This document shows, piece after piece, positions 49,272-57,914 of a stretch of 64,000 nucleotides of DNA (within the stretch, counting starts at the first letter, position 1; each line of letters opens with the position of its first letter). The stretch is from contig OY969585.1 of NCBI GenBank assembly GCA_963701295.1, forward strand, positions 3,104,001 through 3,168,000. Reading direction: 5' to 3'. Position numbers and translations under genes: made by a program. The notes beneath the pieces are model-generated. The model ran no database searches. It was given only the letters and a program-made list of their open reading frames with translations, and was not told the origin of the DNA. This stretch comes from Ignavibacteriota bacterium. Lineage in GTDB: Bacteria > Bacteroidota > Ignavibacteria > UBA10030.

Positions 49272-51953
49272 TCACTTTAATAGAATAAGTGCCTTCGTCT
49301 TAACAAAGTCACCTGTGTGTAATTGATAGAGATATACACCGCTGGAAAAGTTTTGGGCATCCCATTCCACCGAATAGGAACCAGGTTCTTTCCATTGATC
49401 AATGAGAACAGCAACTTCTCTACCAAGGAGATCATAAATCCTTAGTGAAACTTGACTCTTTTTTTGAATAGAAAATGAAATCTTGGTTGATGCATTGAAT
49501 GGATTGGGGTAATTCTGCTGCAAATTCAATTGACATGGAAGAGCATGACTCAGAGAAACAGATGTAATCCCTATCTCAGAACCATTGTAATGAATGACCG
49601 TATCGAATTTACTGGGACTAATTATACCAATACCCTTTCCAGTATCCACCCAAATGATATTGAAAATTTTATTTTGAGACATACCATTAAATGTTCCCTG
49701 TCTAGATCCGATGGTTAGCTGTTTTGAAGAATCATGATAAGTAATCGGGATAACTGAATATACTCCTCGTTCATAATTGTAGTTGTCATTTTCGTCTTCG
49801 TATAATGTGAATTGTCCATCCGCACCTCGATAAATTCGCAGTTCGAGCGTATCTGCAGGTTTTTCAGTGGCATATTGCATAAAAGGTCCTATCGGAATGA
49901 TGGAACCGGCTTTCACGAATAAAGGGATAGTTTCAATTGGTGCTTGAGCATCAATCGTTTGACCACCATTAAGAGATTCACCTGTCCAGAAATTATACCA
50001 TATGGTTGATTTCGGCAAATAAACTTTTCGCGTTTTAGATGTGTTGGTGCTAGTACTATATGATTGAGTGGTTACCGGATTTACAAGAAATGCCGGACCA
50101 AACATATATTGATCCTGAATATTAGTAATTGCTACGTCCGTTCGAAAATCAAAAGCAAGCGCTCGCATGATTGTATAGGATTCGTTGGTAACCTTCCAGG
50201 CGAGGGAATAGATATACGGTAGGAGTCGGTACCGCAGGTTATCGTAATTCAATAAAATTGATTTTGTATTTGCATCCCAGTTATTTGAAAACAACGCGCG
50301 TTCGCCTTTTCCATGAATTCTAAATATCGGACAGAAAGTGCCAAATTGGAACCAACGAGTAAACAATTCTCTGTTTGCAGCGGTTGTCCAATCGGGAGAT
50401 GTCCAGTTTAAATGATACCCTCCAATATCTGACGTCCAATATGGAATCCCGGAGACACAGGCGTTAATTGCCTGAGGCACTTGAATTGTATAAGAACTGA
50501 AGGTACACGTAATATCGGACGACCAAAGGGTTGTTGCATTTCGCTGCTGTCCGGCAAATGCCTGACGCACAAGGAAGAATGCTCGCTTTCCTGATATATC
50601 AGTTCTCCAGTTCTTATAAAGACCAATAGTATGTGTTAAGGAATAGGTATTGAAATAATCGATCCCTTTGCCAAGTGCAAAAATACTTTTTCTGCGTGCA
50701 TCTAGAAGTCCCCCATTGTCCGGTTCGCATTGGTCTACCCACCATGCATCCCATCCATAAGGAGTAATAAGACTATTATTCGCCTGTCTCCAATATATAT
50801 CTCGCGCATTGGAATTATGAGCATCATAGTATGTGTCATAATTATGTGTCATCACATCCTGCCAGGTAATATCAGTCAATCCTCCTGCGTTCTTCAACTC
50901 ATTAAAATTATTTGTTCCGCTTGCGAAAACCGGCCAAATCGAAATCATCGCATGAATGTTTGCTTTGTGTAACGAATCCACCATCGCTTTGGGATTAGGA
51001 TATCTGGTAGGGTTCATCACGTGCGAACCGATTACATCTGGTTCCCAGTAATACCAATCCTGAACGATGCAATCAACAGGGATGTGATTGTTTCGGTAAT
51101 TGTCTTTGACGGATAACACTTCAGCCTGGCTCTGATACCTATCCTGCGATTGAAACAATCCAAAACTCCACTTGGGAAACATTGGAGTCTGGCCAGTGGC
51201 TTCGCGGTAAAGTGAGATGATATGATCAAAGTCCGGACCGTAGAAAAAATAATAATCTACCATCGTACCGCTCTCCGATACATATTTGTATTTTGTATTG
51301 CCTGCCTCAGCACCATAAAAATTCGATGCCGAGTAGTTATCCCACATAAGTCCATACCCTTTGTTGGATAGTAAAACCGGAATTGCGCCAGTCATATATT
51401 GGATAGCCATATCCTGATTTCGGCCTTTGTAATTCATGGATCCGGCATCTGTCGGATGACAGCCCAATCCAAACAAAGCTTCATCCGCAGGAGATTGAAA
51501 GAGTGTTTCACTATTGTATGTATTGATGCCGGCAATGGTCGCCGCCGTCATATTCTTTCCTACAGAATCATCTTCGGCAAGTATAAGCGCACCATTAAGT
51601 TCGGTATACTGGATTGAATTGGTCAACTTTGTCAATTTGATTTTTATTTTACCGGTTGAAATAATTATCTCGGTTGAGCTTTCAGCAACTTGAAACTGAG
51701 GCTGAGTTATCCACGAGTTTGTTACTACCAAGGACGTTTTTGAAGAGAGTGCCGTCAACGATGTATATTTTACTTCAACGACATCCTCTTTACAAATTTT
51801 AATCTTCATGAAACCATTATCCAATGTGCATGTGATTCCATCGGCATCAGTTGTATACGATACTATGGAAGCCAGCGCAGTGTGACTGACTACGAAGAAA
51901 ATTAGGACAATTGTTATCGAGACAATGATACATTTATATTTAGACTTGTTCAT
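49272..51953 (-). CDS. GH31 alpha-xylosidase-like glycosidase with T9SS CTD
   Basis: WWVDQCEP, LWSSDI, PYWTSDIGG, FRIHG; CTD LQQNYPNPFN...SSGVYLYQL...KALILLK. Confidence 0.9.
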   Translation of the reverse strand: MNKSKYKCIIVSITIVLIFFVVSHTALASIVSYTTDADGITCTLDNGFMKIKICKEDVVEVKYTSLTALSSKTSLVVTNSWITQPQFQVAESSTEIIISTGKIKIKLTKLTNSIQYTELNGALILAEDDSVGKNMTAATIAGINTYNSETLFQSPADEALFGLGCHPTDAGSMNYKGRNQDMAIQYMTGAIPVLLSNKGYGLMWDNYSASNFYGAEAGNTKYKYVSESGTMVDYYFFYGPDFDHIISLYREATGQTPMFPKWSFGLFQSQDRYQSQAEVLSVKDNYRNNHIPVDCIVQDWYYWEPDVIGSHVMNPTRYPNPKAMVDSLHKANIHAMISIWPVFASGTNNFNELKNAGGLTDITWQDVMTHNYDTYYDAHNSNARDIYWRQANNSLITPYGWDAWWVDQCEPDNGGLLDARRKSIFALGKGIDYFNTYSLTHTIGLYKNWRTDISGKRAFFLVRQAFAGQQRNATTLWSSDITCTFSSYTIQVPQAINACVSGIPYWTSDIGGYHLNWTSPDWTTAANRELFTRWFQFGTFCPIFRIHGKGERALFSNNWDANTKSILLNYDNLRYRLLPYIYSLAWKVTNESYTIMRALAFDFRTDVAITNIQDQYMFGPAFLVNPVTTQSYSTSTNTSKTRKVYLPKSTIWYNFWTGESLNGGQTIDAQAPIETIPLFVKAGSIIPIGPFMQYATEKPADTLELRIYRGADGQFTLYEDENDNYNYERGVYSVIPITYHDSSKQLTIGSRQGTFNGMSQNKIFNIIWVDTGKGIGIISPSKFDTVIHYNGSEIGITSVSLSHALPCQLNLQQNYPNPFNASTKISFSIQKKSQVSLRIYDLLGREVAVLIDQWKEPGSYSVEWDAQNFSSGVYLYQLHTGDFVKTKALILLK

Positions 51954-52079
51954 AATAAATCAATCCTTTATTGGAGACCTATACTCTATCATTCGTACAT
52001 AAGATAGTCTAATATATGCATAAATTATTAACGCACATAGAGACGAGGAAATTGTGAAGAAATAATGTTATTGCAGGGA

Positions 52080-52112
52080 GCCCATTCCGTCAGCTTGAGC
52101 GCCTGGTTAGGC
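52080..52112 (-). repeat. attC half-site (R''/L'' only)
   Basis: GCCCATTCCGTCAGCTTGAGCGCCTGGTTAGGC with no adjacent L'/R'. Confidence 0.78.
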
Positions 52113-52122
52113 TGCCTTCTTA

Positions 52123-52497
52123 TTACTTACTCTTAAGCCAAGTTCTCGCGGCATCTATATCTGTAAACCATTTTAACGACAGGCCAGCATTCTTGGCCGA
52201 AATCTCCTGAAACGATTGCAGACCTGCATTCTCTTCGAGATCTACGACAGCTATCTTTATCCTCGATCTGTCTGCAGGATAATCTCTGACACGAAAATAG
52301 GATTCTGCAAATGCAAAACGTCCCTTTGCCGAACGAACATCTATGAGTTGCGCATAAACATTCATTGAATTTCCAATGGCATTTACTTCACTCAGTAGTT
52401 TATCAACCGCGTTCGATAGTACTTCACCTGTGATAATGATTTCACAGATTCCTTCATTCAAAGATGTCGCAAGTTGATACTCCTTATTATCTTTCAT
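52123..52497 (-). CDS. Hypothetical SpoIIAA/STAS-like protein (cassette)
   Basis: LIDVR, KIAVV, FTDIDAARTWL pattern. Confidence 0.6.
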   Translation of the reverse strand: MKDNKEYQLATSLNEGICEIIITGEVLSNAVDKLLSEVNAIGNSMNVYAQLIDVRSAKGRFAFAESYFRVRDYPADRSRIKIAVVDLEENAGLQSFQEISAKNAGLSLKWFTDIDAARTWLKSK

Positions 52498-52516
52498 TGC
52501 TGATCCCCTTGAGACC

Positions 52517-52674
52517 GCCTAACGGACCGGCGCTAAGCTGCGGCGTTGATAACTTTCGTAATGCACTAAACTAACGAGTTCATGCTGATGAATAAATTAT
52601 TAAGCATCTAAAACTTTAAGTGCAATGTAAATTGCTCCCAAGCTCACTCCGTCAGCTTGAGCGTCTGGTTAGGC
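52517..52674 (-). repeat. attC site (158 bp)
   Basis: GCCTAACGGACCGGCGCTAAGCTGCGG...CCGTCAGCTTGAGCGTCTGGTTAGGC. Confidence 0.9.
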
Positions 52675-53358
52675 AGCGGGTTTGCTCCCTCCATATACGG
52701 CAAAGTTATAGTACTTCCAAAGGACATCAATTTGAACAAAGCCGATTTCCTGTAACCAAGTCAATTGGTTGATTAAGTTTGCCGGATGATCCTCGACGTA
52801 ATGCTTAGGTATCCACTTTTGTTCAATTTCCTCTATAGGAACTTGTAGACACATATACTCTCTCCATTTCACTATATAAAGCCCTTGCAGATGAGAACCA
52901 GAACCAAGAACATTATCAGCGTTATAAAAAACACCACCGGGATTTAAACAGGAATAAATCTTTTTATAAAACTTAATTTTGTTGTCATCACTAAGTAAAT
53001 GATGCAATGAAAGTGATGATATTGCTACGTCATAGACTGAATCAAACTCATAATGTTCAAAGTTTGCAATTTGATAACGCACATTTTCTCCGACACCGAG
53101 TTTCGTCTGTGCTACTTGTAGCATCTTTTCAGCGATATCAACACAGGTAATAGTAGCTTGAGGAAAAACATCCTTAATCCGTTTTGCAATTGTGCCTGTT
53201 CCACATCCAAGATCAATTACGCGAATTGCCTGATTCTTATTAAATGGCAAAGCTGCAATGAGTGCATCAAGCATTTGTTCATAGTAAGGAATGAGCCGAC
53301 GAATAATCGCGTCAAACTCTTGGGCCTCTTCTTCAAAGTGCTGTTTAACATTTTCCAT
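52669..53358 (-). CDS. Class I SAM-dependent methyltransferase (cassette)
   Basis: IDLGCGTG, SSLSLHHL, LNPGGVFYNAD; stop inside R''. Confidence 0.88.
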   Translation of the reverse strand: MENVKQHFEEEAQEFDAIIRRLIPYYEQMLDALIAALPFNKNQAIRVIDLGCGTGTIAKRIKDVFPQATITCVDIAEKMLQVAQTKLGVGENVRYQIANFEHYEFDSVYDVAISSLSLHHLLSDDNKIKFYKKIYSCLNPGGVFYNADNVLGSGSHLQGLYIVKWREYMCLQVPIEEIEQKWIPKHYVEDHPANLINQLTWLQEIGFVQIDVLWKYYNFAVYGGSKPAA

Positions 53359-53372
53359 TTTCTTTTCTCACC

Positions 53373-53486
53373 GCCTAACGGATCGGCTCCCGATAAATCG
53401 GGACGCATCGGGAGTATAGTATTTACTTGTTGAGCTTGCGAAATCCCGCCTTGGCGGGGACTCTTTCCTTTTTAAAATGGTTAGGT
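53373..53486 (-). mobile_element. attC whose interior is replaced by a right-end remnant of the IS1111-type element
   Basis: GCCTAACGGATCGGC...ACGCATCGGGAGTATAGTATTTACTTG[insert]ACTCTTTCCTTTTTAAAATGGTTAGGT matches 60934-60987. Confidence 0.8.
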
Positions 53487-53496
53487 TGCAATTATT

Positions 53497-54720
53497 TCAC
53501 TTGAGCAAAACCAATTTTTTCGTCTGAGTGAATGAGCCAGCCTGCAAACGATAAAAATATACTCCACTTGGAAGATTGGCAGCATTAAATCTGATAGAAC
53601 ATGTGCCTGCCTGCTGACGTTCGTTGACCAACGTCTTTAATTCCTTTCCAAGTACATCGTAAACTTTCAACGTGATAAAATTAATTATTGGTAATTGATA
53701 ACGTATCACAGTCGTTGGATTAAAAGGATTCGGAAAATTTTGCTCGAGCGTGTACACTTGTGGTAATAATGATTTGTTATTATTAACGCCTGTAATCATA
53801 TCCGACAGTGGCCGTCGCCACGCGCCGGTGGCAGTGCCTGCGACAATAGTGTTGTTGCTTATGGCAAGTGCATATAGGTTTTTATCAGTCAAGCCGGAAT
53901 TGACGGCAACCCAATTACTCCCGCTGTTAGTCGAAAGAAAAACGCCGCCGCCATTAGTGCCTGCAAAAATATTACCGTCGATAACGGCGAAACCATAAAC
54001 ATAGTTGTTCAAGACGGCAGTCCAATTACTCCCGCTGTTAGTCGAACGATAAGCGTTGCCGTTCTGTGTACCTGCAAAAATAGTACTGTCGCTGATGGCA
54101 AGAGCATAAACATCATTGTTGATCAAGGCGGTGGCAGTCCAGCTCGTGCCGCTGTTAGTCGAAAGATAAACCCCGCCATATGTACCTGCAAAAATACTAC
54201 TTCCGTTGATGGCAAAAGCACCAACATCTTTGCTGGTCAGGCCGGAATCGATGGAAGTCCAGCTCGTACCACTGGTAGTCGAAAGAAAAACGCCACCGCC
54301 CCAAGTGCCTGCAAAAATATTACTGCCACTGACGGCAAGAGCATAAACATCGGTGTTGGTCAAACCTTTATTAACGGCAGTCCAGCTAGTACCACTGTTA
54401 GTCGAAATATAAACGCCGTCAGAAGTGCCTGCAAAAATATTACTGTCGATGACGGCAAGAGCACTAATATCAGTGTTGGCCAAGGTGGAATCGACGAGAG
54501 TCCAGCTCGTACCACTGTTAGTCGAAAGATAAACGCCGCCGGCATAAGTGCCTGCAAAAATATCACCGTTGATGACGGCAAAACTTCTAACACCGCCAGC
54601 ACTGCCGCTTATGCCACTGCATTGAACCCATTGGGCGTAGAGTGAATTCGCACTATTGAATAGGTAAAATGCCATAAATAGGAATCCGCCTCTGTGGATA
54701 TATCGTAAAATATCTTTCAT
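53497..54720 (-). CDS. BNR-repeat beta-propeller protein with T9SS CTD (cassette)
   Basis: Six IFAGT.GGV.LSTNSG.SW repeats; CTD LEQNFPNPFNPTT...KKLVLLK; likely start MKDILRY at 54720 (RBS AAGGAG). Confidence 0.85.
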   Translation of the reverse strand: MKDILRYIHRGGFLFMAFYLFNSANSLYAQWVQCSGISGSAGGVRSFAVINGDIFAGTYAGGVYLSTNSGTSWTLVDSTLANTDISALAVIDSNIFAGTSDGVYISTNSGTSWTAVNKGLTNTDVYALAVSGSNIFAGTWGGGVFLSTTSGTSWTSIDSGLTSKDVGAFAINGSSIFAGTYGGVYLSTNSGTSWTATALINNDVYALAISDSTIFAGTQNGNAYRSTNSGSNWTAVLNNYVYGFAVIDGNIFAGTNGGGVFLSTNSGSNWVAVNSGLTDKNLYALAISNNTIVAGTATGAWRRPLSDMITGVNNNKSLLPQVYTLEQNFPNPFNPTTVIRYQLPIINFITLKVYDVLGKELKTLVNERQQAGTCSIRFNAANLPSGVYFYRLQAGSFTQTKKLVLLK

Positions 54721-54758
54721 GGGTCTCTCCTTTTGTGATATAGCCATGTGCAATTGCA

Positions 54759-54914
54759 ACCTAACGGACCGGCGCTAAGCTGCGGCGTTGAAAAGTTTCG
54801 TAATGCAACCAACGAAACAAGTTCATTCAATTAACTTTCAATTAAACACTAAACCTATGCGCGCCATGAATTTTGCAGTGAGCTCATTCCGTCAGCTTGA
54901 GCGCCTGGTTAGGG
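54759..54914 (-). repeat. attC site (156 bp)
   Basis: ACCTAACGGACCGGCGCTAAGCTGCGG...CCGTCAGCTTGAGCGCCTGGTTAGGG. Confidence 0.9.
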
Positions 54915-54925
54915 CGCTGGCATTA

Positions 54926-54954
54926 TTGACTTTATGCCAGATATGACATATATT
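54926..54954 (+). promoter_or_regulatory. Promoter with palindromic operator for the TA cassette
   Basis: TTGACT-17 nt-TATATT; spacer holds TATGCCA-GATA-TGACATA near-palindrome. Confidence 0.75.
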
Positions 54955-54962
54955 GTAAACGT

Positions 54963-55295
54963 ATGAATTATGAAGACAAACCTCTTGTTTGGTTACACGG
55001 TGAAGTAAAAACTCCACCGTTCTCAAAAAATGCTCGCCTTGAAGCTGGCTTTTTATTGAGACAGCTACAAGCGGGAGAAAAGCTAAGTCTCCCCTTCTCA
55101 AGACCGATGCCAGCAATTGGAGCAAGATGCCATGAACTCCGAATTAACGATGAAAATAAAATATGGCGTATCATTTATCGAATTGATTCCGATGCAATAA
55201 TTATTTTAGAAATCTTTCAAAAACAGACACAACAAACACCAAAGAATATTATTGATATCTGTAAACGTCGCTTACGAATATACGACGAATTATAA
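54963..55295 (+). CDS. RelE/ParE-family (HigB/Gp49-like) toxin
   Basis: KTPPFS..AR.EAG.LLR.LQ.G, SRPMP.IG.RCHELRI...WRIIYRID...F.K.TQ.TP. Confidence 0.88.
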   Translation: MNYEDKPLVWLHGEVKTPPFSKNARLEAGFLLRQLQAGEKLSLPFSRPMPAIGARCHELRINDENKIWRIIYRIDSDAIIILEIFQKQTQQTPKNIIDICKRRLRIYDEL

Positions 55296-55306
55296 GGACA
55301 ACAAAA

Positions 55307-55618
55307 ATGGATAAAGCAAAACAAAAACGTCTTGAATCCGCAGGATGGAAAGTTGGAACAGCAAGCAATTTCCTTAACCTTTCTTCTGAGGAATCTGCAT
55401 ATATCGAACTCAAACTTCAATTAGCAAAGAACCTGCAGAAACGACGTATTGAGAAAAAACTTACACAAATGGCAGTAGCCCGAATGCTTAAATCAAGCCA
55501 ATCGCGTGTAGCAAAAATGGAATCAGGTGATCCGACCGTTTCTATCGACCTACTCATCCGTTCTCTGTTAGCTCTCGGTGCTAAACCAAGAGCGTTATTA
55601 CGAACTATTGCTCAATAA
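55307..55618 (+). CDS. XRE/HTH antitoxin (HigA-like)
   Basis: LTQ..VA..LKSSQSRVAKMESGD HTH; 11 nt after toxin. Confidence 0.88.
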   Translation: MDKAKQKRLESAGWKVGTASNFLNLSSEESAYIELKLQLAKNLQKRRIEKKLTQMAVARMLKSSQSRVAKMESGDPTVSIDLLIRSLLALGAKPRALLRTIAQ

Positions 55619-55634
55619 TTTTTTTCTGCCAGCG

Positions 55635-55847
55635 CCCTAACGGATGGCAACTAAGCTGCGGCGCTGATAATTTTCAATATACACAAAACGAAGTGAGTTC
55701 ATGCTAAAAGTTTATTATTAAACATCTAAACCTCTACGCGCTATGCTTAACGTACCCATTTACCCGCCATGCTTTATCTTTGGGCGGGCGCTCATTCCGT
55801 CAGCTTGCTTGCCCGCCGTCTTGTTGGGCGGGAGCGCCTCGTTACCT
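55635..55847 (-). repeat. attC site with two palindromic inserts and degenerate R''
   Basis: CCCTAACGGATGGCAACTAAGCTGCGG...CCGTCAGCTTG[25 bp]AGCGCCTCGTTACCT. Confidence 0.8.
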
Positions 55848-55860
55848 GGCGCAAATAATA

Positions 55861-56643
55861 TTATTTCCAGACAGGACAAGCTTTGATCAATTCCTTCCTG
55901 ATTTCGTCATCTTTTATATAGCGTTTAACAAGTTTAGAATAAATGCTAATATCTTTGTAAAAGTAAGATATTCGTGATAAAATCTTCTTGTTCTGGATAT
56001 CATTATCACTAGAAGATAGTTTAAATAAGTCCTTTTGGATTTCATAATCTACAAGGTATACATCCGAATCATACAATGTAGATTCTTCATATTGTGGAAA
56101 TTCATGTTTCCACTTATTAATAAATATTTCCACTTTGCCCCAGATATTGCGATAATCATATTCGAATTTGCTGCTCGAACATAACTCAGGGATATCAGTA
56201 ATATTGACTGACAAAGAAGCATCTTCAAATGGATTAATGTCAAGTTTAATATTATCAGACTTGTTGTCACGAATAAAATATTTTGTTTCTCTTGCGACAA
56301 TTCGAACATTGCATCCAACAGGATATCTTGCATGCAATAATGTTTCCGGAAAACAAGTAAACTGACAATCTGAACGAAGGGCGTATATAATTATTTCAAA
56401 ATGTTTTAATGGTGTTCTGGGAAGAAATGTTTTATCTACTACGTCCACCATCAAACCCAAAAATATTTCGTTTAACGAATCCGATCGAATTGGACCAACA
56501 TATCCAACAACTTTGCCAATAAAAACATATGTGGTCGAATCAAATCTGACAGGCCTTTGTTTTACAATTGAACAGGGAAACACATTAGTCATGTAAATGA
56601 TGGATAATAAGAGAATAAATATCACGATTTTATAAATATTCAT
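55861..56643 (-). CDS. Hypothetical secreted protein (cassette)
   Basis: Likely start MNIYKIV at 56643; signal peptide then CS...VFIGKV. Confidence 0.7.
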   Translation of the reverse strand: MNIYKIVIFILLLSIIYMTNVFPCSIVKQRPVRFDSTTYVFIGKVVGYVGPIRSDSLNEIFLGLMVDVVDKTFLPRTPLKHFEIIIYALRSDCQFTCFPETLLHARYPVGCNVRIVARETKYFIRDNKSDNIKLDINPFEDASLSVNITDIPELCSSSKFEYDYRNIWGKVEIFINKWKHEFPQYEESTLYDSDVYLVDYEIQKDLFKLSSSDNDIQNKKILSRISYFYKDISIYSKLVKRYIKDDEIRKELIKACPVWK

Positions 56644-56679
56644 CTTATGTGATCCTTCTAATATTAATTGTTTTGCGCC

Positions 56680-56839
56680 ACCTAACGGATGGCGCATAAG
56701 CTGCGGCGTTGATAACTTTCAATATACTGAAAACGAACAAAGTTTATTCACATCACTATTGCGGAACATATCGGAAGAATATTATTTACTTGTCCGAAGG
56801 ACTCCTTCAGAGACTCTTTCCTTTTTAAAGTGGTTAGCC
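56680..56839 (-). mobile_element. attC fused to a second right-end remnant of the IS1111-type element
   Basis: ACCTAACGGATGGCGCATAAGCTGCGG...TTGCGGAACATATCGGAAGAATATTATTTACTTG[insert]ACTCTTTCCTTTTTAAAGTGGTTAGCC. Confidence 0.8.
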
Positions 56840-56853
56840 AGCATTTTGAATGC

Positions 56854-57045
56854 TTAAAAAAGTTTCCTTATAAAAACCACAAATAGAATCAATGCGATAA
56901 GAAACAAATAAGAAGCGGGTCGTGCACAATTTATAGTCCACCATATTCCTACACTTTTAGGAACAAAATATCTGGAATCGTTCGGATTATAATAAAATAT
57001 TCCCCACTTCCAGTTGTTGGGTTCATTATGAATGTCGTCATTCAT
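56854..57045 (-). CDS. DUF5808-like small membrane protein
   Basis: WKWGIFYYNPND.RYFVPK..GIWWTIN.A.P motif. Confidence 0.75.
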   Translation of the reverse strand: MNDDIHNEPNNWKWGIFYYNPNDSRYFVPKSVGIWWTINCARPASYLFLIALILFVVFIRKLF

Positions 57046-57105
57046 GTTCTGATCCTTTTATTGGTGAGTTGTGTGGCCGTTTGTTATGCGCCGCGCAGCC
57101 GTTCA

Positions 57106-57624
57106 TCATTTTCCTTTCCCAGCCTGAGTTGAAGCCATTTCAGGGACGGACAGGATGTCTTCATTCCCAATGTCAATAATGATATTCCACTTCCCATCGA
57201 TTTTCTTGCAGACATCGATCCATCTGTATCCTTTTTCAAGAGACCCCTTCGGGGTGGGTTCGAGCCAGCGGTCTCTGCCTCGTGCGTACGCGAGGTCGCC
57301 CGATGCTGAGATTTCTACCGTATCCACAGTGGTAGTCATACTGTCAGAGCCTACGCTGTCTGCAGCAAACGCTTTCTCGAAGTATTTACGAATGGATTCA
57401 CGACCAACCACCAGTGGTCTATTCTGGTCGATAACAATCGCGTTGGGTGCGAAGAAGTGAACAGTCTTGTCGATGTCCTTCGCTCTCCCTGCGGCCATCA
57501 ACTGAGCTTCGAGGTCACGCACTGCGCTTGCCTCGGCCTGCTTGTCAACGTCCGAAGTCCGAGCGCATCCGACAAGGGGAAGACAAATAACGGAAAGAAG
57601 CGCAAAGACCTTTTGAGCTATCAT
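57106..57624 (-). CDS. DUF4440/SnoaL-like (NTF2 fold) lipoprotein (cassette)
   Basis: LVGC lipobox; GRESIR, SGDLAY, KKIDGKWNI; ends CGGCTGCGTGGCGCATAAC / GTTATGCGCCGCGCAGCCG complementary. Confidence 0.8.
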   Translation of the reverse strand: MIAQKVFALLSVICLPLVGCARTSDVDKQAEASAVRDLEAQLMAAGRAKDIDKTVHFFAPNAIVIDQNRPLVVGRESIRKYFEKAFAADSVGSDSMTTTVDTVEISASGDLAYARGRDRWLEPTPKGSLEKGYRWIDVCKKIDGKWNIIIDIGNEDILSVPEMASTQAGKGK

Positions 57625-57711
57625 AATGAGCTCCATTCTTGTTCGATGAATGCCACACAAAACGTCATCAGCGTCGGCTGCGTGGCGCATAACTCTATAA
57701 AAGCGCAAGCG

Positions 57712-57904
57712 GTATAACGGTTGGCAACTAAGCTGCAGCGCTGATAAGTTACAAGTTGCTGAAAACGAAATGAGTTCATACTGATATTTTTATTATTAAG
57801 AACAAAACCTCTGCAAGCCATGCTTAACGTACCGAGCCTGCCCGCCGGAGTTTGCTTTGTAACGTAGGCGGGCTCATTCCGTCAGCTTGAGTTGCTGGTT
57901 ATGT
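57712..57904 (-). repeat. attC site (193 bp with palindromic insert)
   Basis: GTATAACGGTTGGCAACTAAGCTGC...CCGTCAGCTTGAGTTGCTGGTTATGT. Confidence 0.88.
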
Positions 57905-57914
57905 TGCAATTGTC

